Assembly: GCF_035594765.1 (NCBI RefSeq)
Contig: NC_085847.1
Span: 5,580,001 to 5,644,000, forward strand
Reading direction: 5' to 3'
DNA length: 64,000 bases
DNA from: Anolis carolinensis
Taxonomy: Eukaryota
The notes below the pieces were generated by a model, which did not search any database, was not told where the DNA came from, and was given only the letters and a program-made list of their open reading frames with translations. Position 1 is the first letter of the stretch. Each line of letters begins with the position of its first letter. Positions 11,900 to 37,400 of the stretch are shown in pieces. Both the position numbers and the translations under genes were made by a program.

Positions 11900-12990
11900 C
11901 CAGTGCGAACTCTGGAAATCTACAGAAATTGAGTTTCCCTGATCTTATTTGTTTGTCTGCTGTGAGGAAACCATTGCTCGATTCCTCTGGAAATGTATGG
12001 AAAACTGACTCGTAATCCTGTCGCTTCCTTCAAACATTCCTCTGAGACTGTCTTTTTGTTTAACAAGAAGAAACTTGTTCGATTCTTCCAGAAATGCGTG
12101 GAAACTGACTCAAAATGCTGAACTGTTGCTCGCTTCCTCCATTATGGCTCTGGGAATGTACAGAAAACTCTCCCGAAATCCTTTTTGTTTTCCTTGTATT
12201 CTTTCCTCTGAAATAATTTCCTCTGGGAATGTAAGGACTTAATATCTTTTCTCTCCAACATTCCTCCTTTCAATTTTCTCGTCGACGAGTCTGTCATAAT
12301 GTGCTTGATTTCTCCAATATGGCTCTGGGAATGTATAGAAAACTGACTCGAACTCTTTTCGCTTCCTTCAATCATTCCTCGTTTATGAGTCGGAAATCAT
12401 TTCTTCATGGCGGCTTTGGGATTTTGTGGAAAACTGACCTGTAATCCTTTCACTTCCTTTAATCATTCCTCGTATTATTGTCTTGTTTATGAGTTGGAAA
12501 TAATTTTATTAGGGCAATTTGTACAAAATGGATTCAAACTCCTTTCTCTTCTGTCAACCATTCCTTGTTTACAAGTCAGAAATCACTTCTTCAATGTATC
12601 CGATATGTCTCTGGGAATTTGGAGAAAACAGACTCAAAATCCTTTCCCTTCCTTCATTTCTCCTATTGTTTCCTCATTTATGAGTTGGAAATAATTTGTT
12701 TGTTGTGGCTCTGGGAAAGTGAGGAAAACTGACTCGTCATCCTTTCCTTCCTGTCAAACATTCCTCATATTGTTTCCTCGTTTGTGAGTCGGAAAGAATT
12801 TCTTCATTATGGCTCTGAAAATGTATAGGAAATTGACTCAAAATCCTTTCTCTTCCGCCAGTCATTCCTTGTTTGGCTTCCTTGTTTATGAGTTGTAAAT
12901 AGTCTGACTCCTGTGTTATGATTCCAGGAATCCTTTCCCTTTCCTTCAACCATTCCTTGTTTGATTTCCTTGTTTATGAGTCATCCATAA
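11900..12990 (+). repeat. Degenerate tandem repeat in BCR 3' UTR region
   Basis: Recurrent ctctgggaatgta..gaaaactgactc..atcctttc.cttccttcaa.cattcct..tttatgagt units. Confidence 0.75.
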
Positions 12991-13725
12991 TGAGTTAGAT
13001 TTTCATTTTTATCCCATTCCTCCTTTTTTCTCCCAAATTAACGAGAAGGAAAGCAACCCGTAAAAATGTTCATGAATGGAAAAAATGCAAATTTCCAAAC
13101 AAATGTTTTGATTTGTTTTTGTAAAGAAACGGGGTTTGTTTTTTAATCTTTGGGAGGATATGTATATATATAGTCTGTAATGATGTCCATTTGCTGCTCA
13201 CAAATCATTCTGCTTTATTTTTTTCCTTTGACAATCCACCAGCAAAAAAAAAAAAACAAAGTGCATGACCTGATTTTAATTTTAAATGGGTTTTCTTCCC
13301 ATCCTCCTTCCTTAGAAAAGGATGGATAAGAAACCAAGGGAGGTTTTGGTTTCTGTATCTATTAATTGCTCGATTGTTCATTTTGTTAAGGACCAAAATA
13401 TAGATCTATCCATAGTCCATATCTATTATTTATTTACCTATCAATCGGCATGGTCACCTACCTGTCTGTTTCCCTCCAGTGCCTGTCGATCTGTATTGAT
13501 CTATCAATCAAAGAAGCAATCGCCAGTCCATATCTATCTAACAACATCCTTTCAGGATCTATTAATGTCTACTTCCCTCCAGTCCATATCTATGCTGTAT
13601 CTATTCTATCTCACATAGCTTTCCTATTTAATCTATCTAGCCATCATCTATGTCCATCTGTCAATCAATCGATCATCTCTATCTAATCTGTCACTCATCT
13701 GTCATGATCTAGATCTGCCTATATC

Positions 13726-13840
13726 TTGGGCCCTCCCTCCAGGTGTTTTGGACTCCAACTCCCAGAATTCCTCACAGCCTCAGGCCCCTTCCTTTTCCGC
13801 TTAAGCGGCTGAGGGGGAAAGGAAAGGGCCTGAGGCCAGG
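13726..13840. mobile_element. Palindromic hAT-type MITE (partial) just upstream of the SPECC1L promoter
   Basis: ttgggccctcc...ttttggactccaactcccagaattcctcacagcctcaggcccc...ccgcttaagcgg...gggcctgaggc; same family as the 42024 and 54976 copies. Confidence 0.75.
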
Positions 13841-13999
13841 ACAAAGAATTATGAGAATTATGAATTATGACAAGGTATTTTGAGGAAAATCAAGACTTAA
13901 TAAAGCCAGATGGATTTGAAAATAATTAAAGATTACCCTTTGGATTTTTTCCCTCACTGTCTGTCTTTGGCGCCAAGGCTTGGCTGCTCCCTTCAATGA

Positions 14000-14460
14000 G
14001 TCTGAGGGGCGAAACCGAAAGCGCGCATGCTCAATAGGGTCCCTTCGCGACGCTCCCTCGTCGCTCGGGAGACTCCACAGTCAGGCTTGTGGCTGAAATG
14101 AAACACGCATGCGCGCCTCCTGTCAGGATAGTACAGTACTTAGGCGATTGGAAGCACGCATGCGCACGGAGTGGGTGTTTTTGACCCTCCCCTTGTTTTC
14201 CTGGAAAAGAAAGGCGCCGGAGGAGGAACCCCTCAGGAATGTTATGATTGACGGCTTGGGGGAGCATGCGCAGGACGAATAGCCACCATGAAGGGCCTCC
14301 CTGGAGGGCTCGTAGTGAGCATGCGCAGTAAGAATCCCGCCCATGGAGGGCGCAGCTCTCCTCACGGAGGGGCGTTAGCGAGCATGCGCAGTGATCGACG
14401 CGCTCCCTTGCCCCAGCTGAGTTGGTCGATGTCTGTGGAGAGGGAAGGAGGGCGCCGAGG
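14000..14460 (+). promoter_or_regulatory. SPECC1L CpG-island promoter with six NRF1-type (GC)GCATGCGC motifs
   Basis: Motifs at ~14021, 14106, 14157, 14264, 14319, 14382; CpG-rich; immediately 5' of the ATG at 14461. Confidence 0.8.
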
Positions 14461-28274
<13,814 letters not shown>

Positions 28275-29179
28275 GAGATGAGAAGGTTTCAACCCTCTTG
28301 AAAACCGAATCCTCCCAGGAAAATTCTCCAGAACAAATGGCCTTCTCTTCTTCTTCTTCGCACAATTGACTGAAATTGCAAAATTGCCTGGAGGAGCCAC
28401 AGTCGTGTCAAATGTTCCCGGAGCCTTGACGAACCAATTTCTCAAGTTTCTCATTATTATTTTTGTTATTGTTGTTCAGTAACAAATATCTTTGGTGATC
28501 CGCGTTTCCGGAAGAGTCTACTTTTCCATCTATTTTTGCCAGTAAAACGAATGAATATTAACAGCGTTTCTGGAACATTCTATTTTTCAATATCTTTTTC
28601 CCATTTTACCGAATGAAGATGAACGGTGTTTCCGGAACAATCCTTAACCATTTTTGTTTTGTTTTCCAGCGAATAGATTAAGCTCCTATTCAGAATGAAT
28701 TGTATATGTCTTGCCTCTGTGGGGCCTATATAGAGATAGATACAATACATAATGTTTTGTTTGTTTTTTTCCTTTCATTATCTTAATTTTTCTCGCCTTC
28801 GTTATCTGCCAGTCACCTTTATAACCTTGGAAAGAAAATGAGACAAGGATATACATTTGCAGTTGCTTTTAAGCCGGAAAATGCCCGAAAAAGAGGATTG
28901 TATTCGATGAGAAATGGGATTCGAGGAAGTGCCTTAATTAGGATCCTGGGTTAATTAATTGCCTCATTTAGAAAGTAATGAAAGTGAAGATCCTCCTGCT
29001 GCCGTATTATTAGGATTACTTTTTTTAATATTATTTCATAATTTGGTTGCCTTTGTTGTTTGTTGTGCATATTTTGGCCACTTTTCGATTTTTCATTGTG
29101 CCTCATGAGACGCTTTCCTGAATGTTTGTGAAGGACTGAGAATGTAAAATATACCATCTTACCCCATTTGAGGATGGTC

Positions 29180-29630
29180 TTTTGAGAACGGAAACAAGGA
29201 TAAAACCAGGAGAAAAATTGGGGGGGGGGGGGGGGAATGAAAAGAAAATGGGAGAAAAACGGGAGAAAAAATGAGAGGAAAACAGGATGGACAAGGAAGA
29301 AAATAATGAAAACGGGATGAAAAACAAGAGCAAAATGAGATGAGCAACGATAAAAATGAGAGAAAAGGGGATGAAAACAAGACAAAAATGAGAAAAATGT
29401 ATCAAAATGAGAAAAACAAGATTAAAAACGGAAATGAGAGAAACAAGAGAAACTAAAAAAGAAAAGCAGATGAAAACAAGAACAAGAAAATGGAATAAAA
29501 AGAAGGAGAGAAGAAGGAGAAAAAACAAGAACTTAAAACGAGATATGGAAAAACAACAAAATGAAAATGAGAAAAATAAGATGAGAACAAGAGAAAAGGA
29601 TAAAAAACAAGAGAAAACAGGATAAACTCT
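29180..29630. repeat. A/G-rich low-complexity block in SPECC1L 3' region
   Basis: Recurrent aaaatgaga / aaaacaaga units. Confidence 0.75.
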
Positions 29631-30724
29631 ACAGAGGAATTGTCTTATTCGGTGATTTTTCTTAGTGCCATAAATACGAGTCAGATTCTAACGCAACTTA
29701 ACCAACTTCTCGTTTTCTTCAAGCTCCTTGTTTGCTGTTTTCTTCTTCCAAGTTACGAGATTAATCTGGATCAAGGTTTTTCTCTCATGTTATATGATGG
29801 AAAATGAGAGCAACTTACTGCCAATGGTTTTTCTCCGGGAATCCGGAACATTCTGCCAACTTTAAAAAAATGAAAAACATACGAGATAAATTAACTTCCT
29901 TGTTTCCGGTGCCTCTTCGTTGTTGTTGTTTTGTTAATGAGTTATTAATATTATTTATTTGCATATATAACCTGAGAAACACTATGTTCCTTTTCCCCAC
30001 ATTTGAGATGATTTGTAATCGTTTTGTAGGAAACAAGGATGGGTTGACTCATTAATGTCTGGGTTTAATTCCTGGCTCCCTCCGCAAAGATTGTGTTCGT
30101 TATCCTGACTTTTAATTGATTTGTCCAAAAACAAAAGCACAAAAATCTATTCTAGAAAATGAGACTCTCGACCTGCCTTTTTGACTGAGAAATATACACT
30201 TTAAAATGTAAATATATATGTGTGTGTGTTATTATTAAATTTCCTTTTTTTGAAAATGCAGTAAAAACTGTCTGTGGGTTTTTTTTAAATGTGCAAATAT
30301 ATAAATGAGTTCAGCATTGACAGCAAAAGAAAAAGCTGGAAAAATAAGGTATACATATGTGTGTGGGTGGATGCATATATATATATAGTATATGTATATA
30401 TACACACACACACATTTATATACAAGTATAAATTCTAATTTATGTATATATTTCATAGTACTATATTATATAACAAGTGTATACATTATATATCATATAT
30501 ATTGTCTATCATATATATATTATACTAATGCATTGTAATATTTATGTGTGTAAATAGGCTTTTAATATATATGAATTATATAAAATATATATAATATTTT
30601 ATTGTGTGTATACATAAATATGTGTAATATTTATATATATTAATAATGATGATGATGATAAGACTTTATTTTTTCCCACTATGTCTCCCCATATATAATA
30701 TATTGATATATACAAATATATTTA

Positions 30725-31035
30725 CAGTAGAGTCTCACTTATCCAATGTTCTGGATTATCCAAGCTATTTTTGTAGTCAATGTTTTCAAAACATTGTGAT
30801 ATTTTGGTGCTAAATTCGTAAATACAGTAATTACTACATAGCATGACTGCGTATTGAACGACTTTTTCTGTCAAATTTGTGGTAAAACATGATGTTTTGA
30901 TGCTTACTTTGTAAAAACATAACCTCATTGGATGTTGAATAGGCCTTTCCTTAATCCTTCCTTATGATCCAACATATTTGCTTATCTGACGTTCTGCCGG
31001 CCCTCACTTTCTGTTGGATAAGTGAGACTCTACTG
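30725..31035. mobile_element. Tc1/Mariner MITE (CAGTAGAGTCTCAC family)
   Basis: TIRs and TA flanks. Confidence 0.92.
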
Positions 31036-31880
31036 TACATGATATAACACTGTTGTATAGTCTTACCAAAATATTTGTATACATACATACACAATACTGA
31101 ATGAAAGATGCAGTATATATAAATATGTAATAAATATTTTATATATATATATATATATGTACAAAATAAATATTTTATTACATATTACATATATACACAC
31201 ATAGATAGATGTGTGTGTGTGTGTAGAAATAGGTCTGACTAGATCGGTCTGAAGTGAAGCTTTCCTTCCTTCCTTCCTTCCTTCCTTCCTTCCTTCCCGT
31301 CTTGCTCTCTTTGATTCCCTTCTTTCCTTCCTTCCTTCCTTTGTTTCTTCTTGCCCTGTTTCTCCACCAGGGGGAGCCCTTGAGGAAGGAAGCCTCAGGA
31401 TGCAAAGGAGGGCAAGGGCTCCTTCAGACCTGGGCTGGGCTCCCAAGGAGAAGGAAGGCAGCAAAGCAGGCAGAGCAGAAAGAAGGAGCCACAGGCAAGT
31501 AAGAATCAAGGGCAGAGATTGAGAGAGGCAGGCAGAGGGCTCCATGCCCCTCACTTTCCGCAACCAGACCACCTCCTTCCTTCCTTCCTTCCTTTCTCTC
31601 TCTTCGCTTCTTTCAAGCCTATATTTGCTATTCATATATAGTCACGCATGAGGCCAGGGCGGGATGCTGCGGCAACAAAGGCAAAGGTGATTCCGTGTGT
31701 GCTTTGCGGAGGGGGGGGGGAGCTGCCTCCTTGAGTCTCTTTTGAGGGACTCCTTTGCCTTTCTATAGTTGCCTCCTTTGGCTTTTTATGAGACACAAAT
31801 CGCTTCTTTCTACCTTTTCTGAGGGAAAAGTCGCTTTTTCTGAGGGAAAACTTGCATCTTTCTACCTTTTCTAAAGTAAA

Positions 31881-32338
31881 CTAGCTGTGCCCGGCCACAC
31901 GTTGGCTGTGGCAAAGTGGTGGTGGTATGGGTTAAAAATTGCTGTGTAATTTTTATTTGACGTTATTTGCATTTTTTAATTAATTTTATTGTAAGTTATC
32001 TTTTTATTTATGATATTTTATTATTTGCATGTATTATTTTTAGTTATTTTCTGTTATTATAGTATTTTATTGTATTAATTTTTTAGTGTTTTTTATTATT
32101 TTTTATTGGGTTGCTAGGAGACCAAGTTGGAAGAACGTAGCCTTCTAACTGGCAGCAATTGGATAAAAGCAATTATTCCTCTCTATCTCTAATTAGGAGT
32201 TTATTTTTCTTTTCTTTTTGTTGTATCAACCTAGAGGCGTGGATGATGGGTTGTGTTGTCAAATTTCGAGGTCGGGGGGCCTGTAGTTTTGTTGTTTTGT
32301 GGGTCGCCGTGATGCCATCACTCTTTTATATATATAGA
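31881..32338 (-). mobile_element. Non-autonomous Helitron
   Basis: On the minus strand: 5' TCTATATATATAAAAGAGTGATGGC ... subterminal hairpin gccacagc..cgtgtggc, 3' CTAG; inserted between A and T. Confidence 0.88.
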
Positions 32339-32426
32339 TGTTACTTTTTCCAAGGGAAAATTTACTTCCTTTGGCCTTTTCTGAGGTAAAACTTGCCTTT
32401 TAGCCTTTTCTGAGTGAAAAGTTGTA

Positions 32427-32838
32427 CAGTAGAGTCTCACTTATCCAAGCCTCACTTATCCAAGGTTCTGGATTAGCCAAGGCATTTTTGTAGTCAATGT
32501 TTTCAATATATTGTGATATTTTGGTGCTAAATTCGTAAATACAGCAATTACAACGTAACATTACTGCGTATTGAACTACAGTAGAGTCTCACTAATCCAA
32601 GCCTCTGGATGATCCAAGCCATTTTTGTAGTCAATGTTTTCAATATATCATGCTAAATTCGTAAATACAGTAATTACAACATACAGTAATTACAACAACA
32701 TAATGTATATATATATTATTGGTTTTTATTATTGTTCTTTGATGTTTCATATTTTATTTTATCATTGTTTTGTATCTGATTTTGCTGTAAGTCGCCTTGA
32801 GTCCCCTTTGGGGGAGATGGAGGCGGGATATAAATAAA

Positions 32839-32901
<63 letters not shown>

Positions 32902-33104
32902 GTTACAACATAACATTAATGTGTATTGAACTACTTTTCCTGTCAAATTTGTTGTCTAACATGATGTTTTGGTGCTTCATTTGTAAAATCGTAACCTAAT
33001 TTGATGTTTAATAGGCTTTTCCTTAATCTCTCCTTATTATCCAACATATTTGCTTATCTAAGCTTCTGCCGGCCCGTTTAGCTTGGATAAGTGAGACTCT
33101 ACTG
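32427..33104. mobile_element. Composite Mariner MITE: duplicated left end (second TIR at 32579) plus nested L2-type tail with (ATT)n
   Basis: Two left TIRs and one right TIR; tgtaagtcgccttgagtcccc...(att)n inserted at ~32700-32901. Confidence 0.85.
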
Positions 33105-33334
33105 TATTTTCTGAGGCAAAATTGCCTCCTTTGGCTTTTTTGCTTCTTTGAGCCTTTTCCGGGGGAAAAGTTATTTCTTCCAAGGTAAAACTTGCCTCTT
33201 GGAGCCTTTTCTAAGGTAAATGTTACTTTTCTGAGGTTAAAAAATGCCTCCTTTGGTCTGCTCTGAGGGAAAGTTACTTCTTCTGAGGTCAAAATTACCT
33301 CCTTTGGTGTTTTCTGAGGTAAACATTAATAGGA

Positions 33335-33510
33335 ATGTATTGTCGAAGGCTCTTGTGGCCAGAATCAGTGAGTTGCTGTGAGTCTTTTGGGTTGTATGGC
33401 CTTGTTCCAGAAGCATTCTCTCCTGACATTTCGCCCACATCTGTGGCAGGCATCCTCAGGGGTTGTGAGGAACATGGCCAGACAGCCCGAAAGACTCACA
33501 GCAAGCCATT
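33335..33510 (-). mobile_element. Penelope-like element pLTR fragment with inverted arms
   Basis: ttgtcgaaggct...ggcc..gttccagaagcattctctcctgac.tttcgcccacatct.tggcaggcatcctcag; arms 33373-33408 and 33469-33504 are inverted. Confidence 0.8.
33421..33463 (-). ncRNA. Minimal type I hammerhead ribozyme motif (Penelope-associated), degenerate stems
   Basis: Minus strand: ccc CUGAGGA u gccugc-cacagau-gugggc GAAA u g UC agga. Core boxes CUGANGA, GAAA and UH are intact. Confidence 0.6.
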
Positions 33511-34739
33511 AATATGAATGAATAAGCCAGCTAGAGATGCTAGAGATAATAGATACAAGATTGTATCTCCCTCAGAGACGATACAGATGATAGATACAAG
33601 ATAGATACATAGACAAGAGATTGACCTGAAAATGGAAATGAGAAAAACAGATGAGAGAACAGAAGGGTGTTCAGCCGCTTCCTCCATCTATCATGTCAAT
33701 CTCTCCCCGATCCGTCTCCATCTATTGCCCTCCGATCTAGATGGATCAGTCTTTCCCGAATCCATGGCTGTATCTATTTACTGACCATCTCTGTCTGTCT
33801 GCCCCTCTCTCTCCATCTATCAATCAAAGCATCCCAATGAGGAAATGGACCGCGATTAATATTTAATTTCCCCTTGTTTACGGGAAATTGCGGCGGAGAT
33901 GAATTAGGGACTTAAAGCTCGCTTCCAGGGCTAATGATTGAGGATTTCAATGGTCCCATTAGCCAATTAGGAATTAGGAGTATATATTGATCAAGTTGCT
34001 TTTTCTGAGGGAAAACCACCCTCCTTGGGCCATTTTTGAGAGAAAAGAAGCCTTTTCTGAGGGGGAAATGGCATCCTTTGGCCTTTTCTGAGGGAAAAGA
34101 GTCTTTTTTTTCCCGAAGGAAACCCTGCCTCTTTTGGCCTTCCCATTTGTCTGTCTTTTGGGTTTCGATTCGAACCCGCTCCCCATCCATTTTCCATGGC
34201 CAAATTGTCTTCCAAATTGTCCGTTCAGAGAGAGAGAAAGAAAGAAAGTACAGAATGTGCCAAACGAATGAATGAATGAATGGAGGAATAAAATAATGCA
34301 AACGAATGAAGGACAGAAAGTTCCGGGTCAAAGAACAGATTGTCCCAAACAGAGAGCGGAAAAAAGAAACAACTACAAGAGCAAAACCAGACACTTGGGT
34401 CCACTTTCTATTACCTCCAGTTTCATTTTAATATGAAATTGGTTCTCTCTAGGCTATTTTTAGGTCCTCCAGCCCAACTCTATAGTATTATTGCTGAGGA
34501 AATCTTTTGTCTGCAATAGAGTTCACTACTATTATCCATGATTTTCAATCCCAAATATGACCTCTCTAGGCATATCCGAGGTCCTTTAGCCCAAGTCTAT
34601 GGAATTGTCCAGGAAGTCCTTCATTTCAGGTTGTATGTATGTCTGTATATATATTTATTGTTTCTCCTCCGTTCTTTTCAAAGGATTTCGCGAATTCGGA
34701 ATTCATAGAAAACCTTGATTTATCCCTCTCTTCTTCCAA

Positions 34740-35133
34740 TTTGACCGAAGCGGCCTATATTCAAATAGGGTGAACTCGACTGGCTGTCTGGTGACCAGCT
34801 GACCCCGCCCTCTTCCTGCCAATCACAGAAGAAGGTGTGGCTGAAGAAGAGAAAGAAAGGAAGGAGGAGGGACCACAATTGGGAAATCAGTCCATTGGAC
34901 TACACTCAATCCTAGAAGAAAAAGGGTGTGGCGATTCTTCAATCCCGGAGAAGGCAGGCAGGCAGGGGGCGTGGCCTGGCAGAGTGGGGGCGTGGCCTGG
35001 AGCGGTCCCCCGCCCCCTTGCATCCCTTGAGCCGGGCCCTCGGTTGCCCTCCTCTGTGCCGCATGCGTCCCGCGGGCCGGACCCCGCACCGTGGTCCCCC
35101 TGGGCGGGTGGGGGTGGCGATGGGCGGGCGGCC
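34740..35133 (+). promoter_or_regulatory. GC-rich proximal region 5' of the ADORA2A ATG
   Basis: GC box ccccgccc ~34803, CCAAT ~34819, two ggggcgtggcc KLF/SP motifs at ~34966 and ~34987; CpG-rich. Confidence 0.55.
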
Positions 35134-36858
35134 ATGCTAGGGGCCGACTTTGCGCTGTACGTGGGTCTGGAGCTGGCCCTGGCGGGGCTGGCGGTGGCTG
35201 GGAACGTGCTGGTGGTGTGGGCTGTGGTGCGCAACCGGCAGCTGCAGAGCGTCACCCACCTCTTTGTGGCCTCGCTGGCCGTGGCGGATGTGGCAGTGGG
35301 GGTCCTGGCCGTGCCCTTTGCCGTGGCCATCAGCACCGGCTTCTGCGCTGCCTTCCGCGCCTGCCTCTTCATCGCCTGTTTCGTCCTGGTCCTCACCCAG
35401 AGCTCCATCTTCTCCCTTCTCGCCATTGCCCTCGACCGCGCCATCGCCATCCGCATGCCCCTCAGGTGAGCCACAGCCAGACCGTGCCACTCCACTTCCC
35501 ATCATCCAGGTCACAGAATACTTAGGTACTGCACTTCCCATCATCCACAAGTATTGGGTTCTTGAGACTCCACACAATCCGCAGCCAGGGATTTGGAGTG
35601 GGCGCTCGGCCTTTGGTCTGAGGACAGCAAACAGCTGGGACAGCTCAGGGGATAATCACATTAGAAACAAATTTGCAGGGCATAATTGTGAGTGAATTAC
35701 GCATCCCGAATGGCTCCGACGGGCCTGCTCTTCCCAATGTGATGCGGCTGCTTCGCCGGCAACGTAATGATAAAATTCACAATAATTAAAGAGGGTCAAA
35801 TGGAGTTGCCGAGATACAGGCAGAGAGGCACGTTCCCTGACATCAGGCAAGGCTTTCAGATCACTATGTGGTTGTGCTTATTGTACGCCGATTTTTGAGG
35901 CATCCTCTCATTTTCTCCTAGCTTTTGAGGTGAACCTTGAGCTCTGTTGTTTCTATGGCACCACTGCCACTGTTGTGACCCTCCTCCTGTTTTCTCCCCC
36001 ATGTCCAGGTACAACGCGCTGGTGACGGGCTCCCGCGCCAAGGCCTTGATCGCGGTCTGCTGGGCCTTGTCCTTTGCCATCGGCCTGACGCCCCTGCTGG
36101 GCTGGCACCGGCAACCCCTCGGGCCCGGCAACGGGACTGAGGCCCACAACTGCAGCGGCGAGGCCGTGCCCTGCCTCTTTGAAGGCGTGGTCACCATGGA
36201 GTACATGGTCTACTACAACTTCTTTGCCTGCGTGCTGATCCCGCTGCTGCTGATGTTGGGCATCTACCTGAAGATCTTCCTGGCGGCCCGGCGGCAGCTG
36301 AAGCAGATGGGGGCCAAGATGGCACCCGGCGGGGAGCGCTCCTGCTCCACCCTCCAGAAGGAGGTCCACGCCGCCAAGTCGCTGGCCATCATCGTGGGCC
36401 TCTTTGCCGTCTGCTGGTTGCCGCTCCACGTCCTCAACTGCTACACCTTGTTCTGCCGCGGCTGCACCCGCGCCCCCCAGTGGCTCATGTATGTGGCCAT
36501 CCTCCTCTCCCACGCCAACTCCGTGGTCAACCCCCTCATCTACGCCTACCGCATCCGTGAGTTCCGCGTCACCTTCCGGAAGATTCTGGGGCACCACGTG
36601 CTGTGCGGTAACGCCTGCCGCCGCCGCAAGAACAAGGCTGCCGCCGCCGCCTCCTCCTTTTCTCACAACAGGAAGAATGGCGAAAGTGGGGTCCATTTTG
36701 CAACCTCGGCGTGGGGCACGGAGGACGGCGAGGCCAACGGGGACCTTGAGCGGCACCACGGGCGTAGCAACGGGGCCCTGCGCAACGGCGAGGCCGCAGT
36801 CCAGGAGCTGCTCACGGGCCACGGTTCGGCAGCAGTGTTTCCTGACGGGACATTATGA
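35134..36858 (+). CDS. ADORA2A: Adenosine receptor A2A (class A GPCR); 2 coding exons, 393 aa
   Basis: Exons 35134-35465 and 36009-36858. Motifs [92 protein letters not shown]. Synteny between SPECC1L and UPB1. Confidence 0.97.
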
Positions 36859-36864
36859 TACATC

Positions 36865-37400
36865 CATGATTGAGGACGATATTATGTGACAGATGGCAAT
36901 CTTGTGATGGTGGAGGGTCAAATCCTCAGATCATGGCCTCAGTGTGGGATGACATATATTCACTCGTTCCCGTCAAGCAGCCATTTTGAGGGCGATATTA
37001 CGCAACAGATGGCGGTCTCATTAGGATGATCAGACCGTCAAAATGGTCAGAACTGGGGCCTTCAATGGAAGGTCACTTGGAGGAATTATTTAGAGTTGCA
37101 TGACCCCGTCAGGCAGCCATTTTGAGGACAATATTACATAACAGACGGCGGTGCCCTTAAGATAATAAGATCATCAAGAGGGCTGAAACAGTGGCCTTCA
37201 ATGGACGGTTACTTTGAGGCATGATATATCTTTACTCATGTCTGTCAGGTGGCCATTTTGAGGGCGCTATTACACCAAATACAATGGTCTCATTATGATG
37301 GTCGACCGTCAAAATGGTTGGAAGCAGGGCCTTCAAGGGAAGGTTAATTTAAAGGGTGGTCGATATTCTGTCGGGCGATATTATGTAACAGACGGCGGTC
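36865..37400 (+). repeat. Degenerate ~130-bp tandem repeat in ADORA2A 3' UTR
   Basis: Recurrent gccattttgaggg.gatattac..aacaga.ggcggt...gtcaaaatgg...gggccttcaa.ggaaggt units. Confidence 0.7.

Noticed and set aside
34837-35133. 99-aa in-frame N-terminal extension of ADORA2A
   Set aside because: Starts at GTG in GC-rich stop-poor sequence; gccATG at 35134 gives the canonical receptor start and exon length.
35953-36822. Long antisense or alternative-frame ORFs over ADORA2A, SPECC1L (18169-19776) and GUCD1 exons
   Set aside because: Shadow ORFs expected from very high GC3; no recognisable domains.
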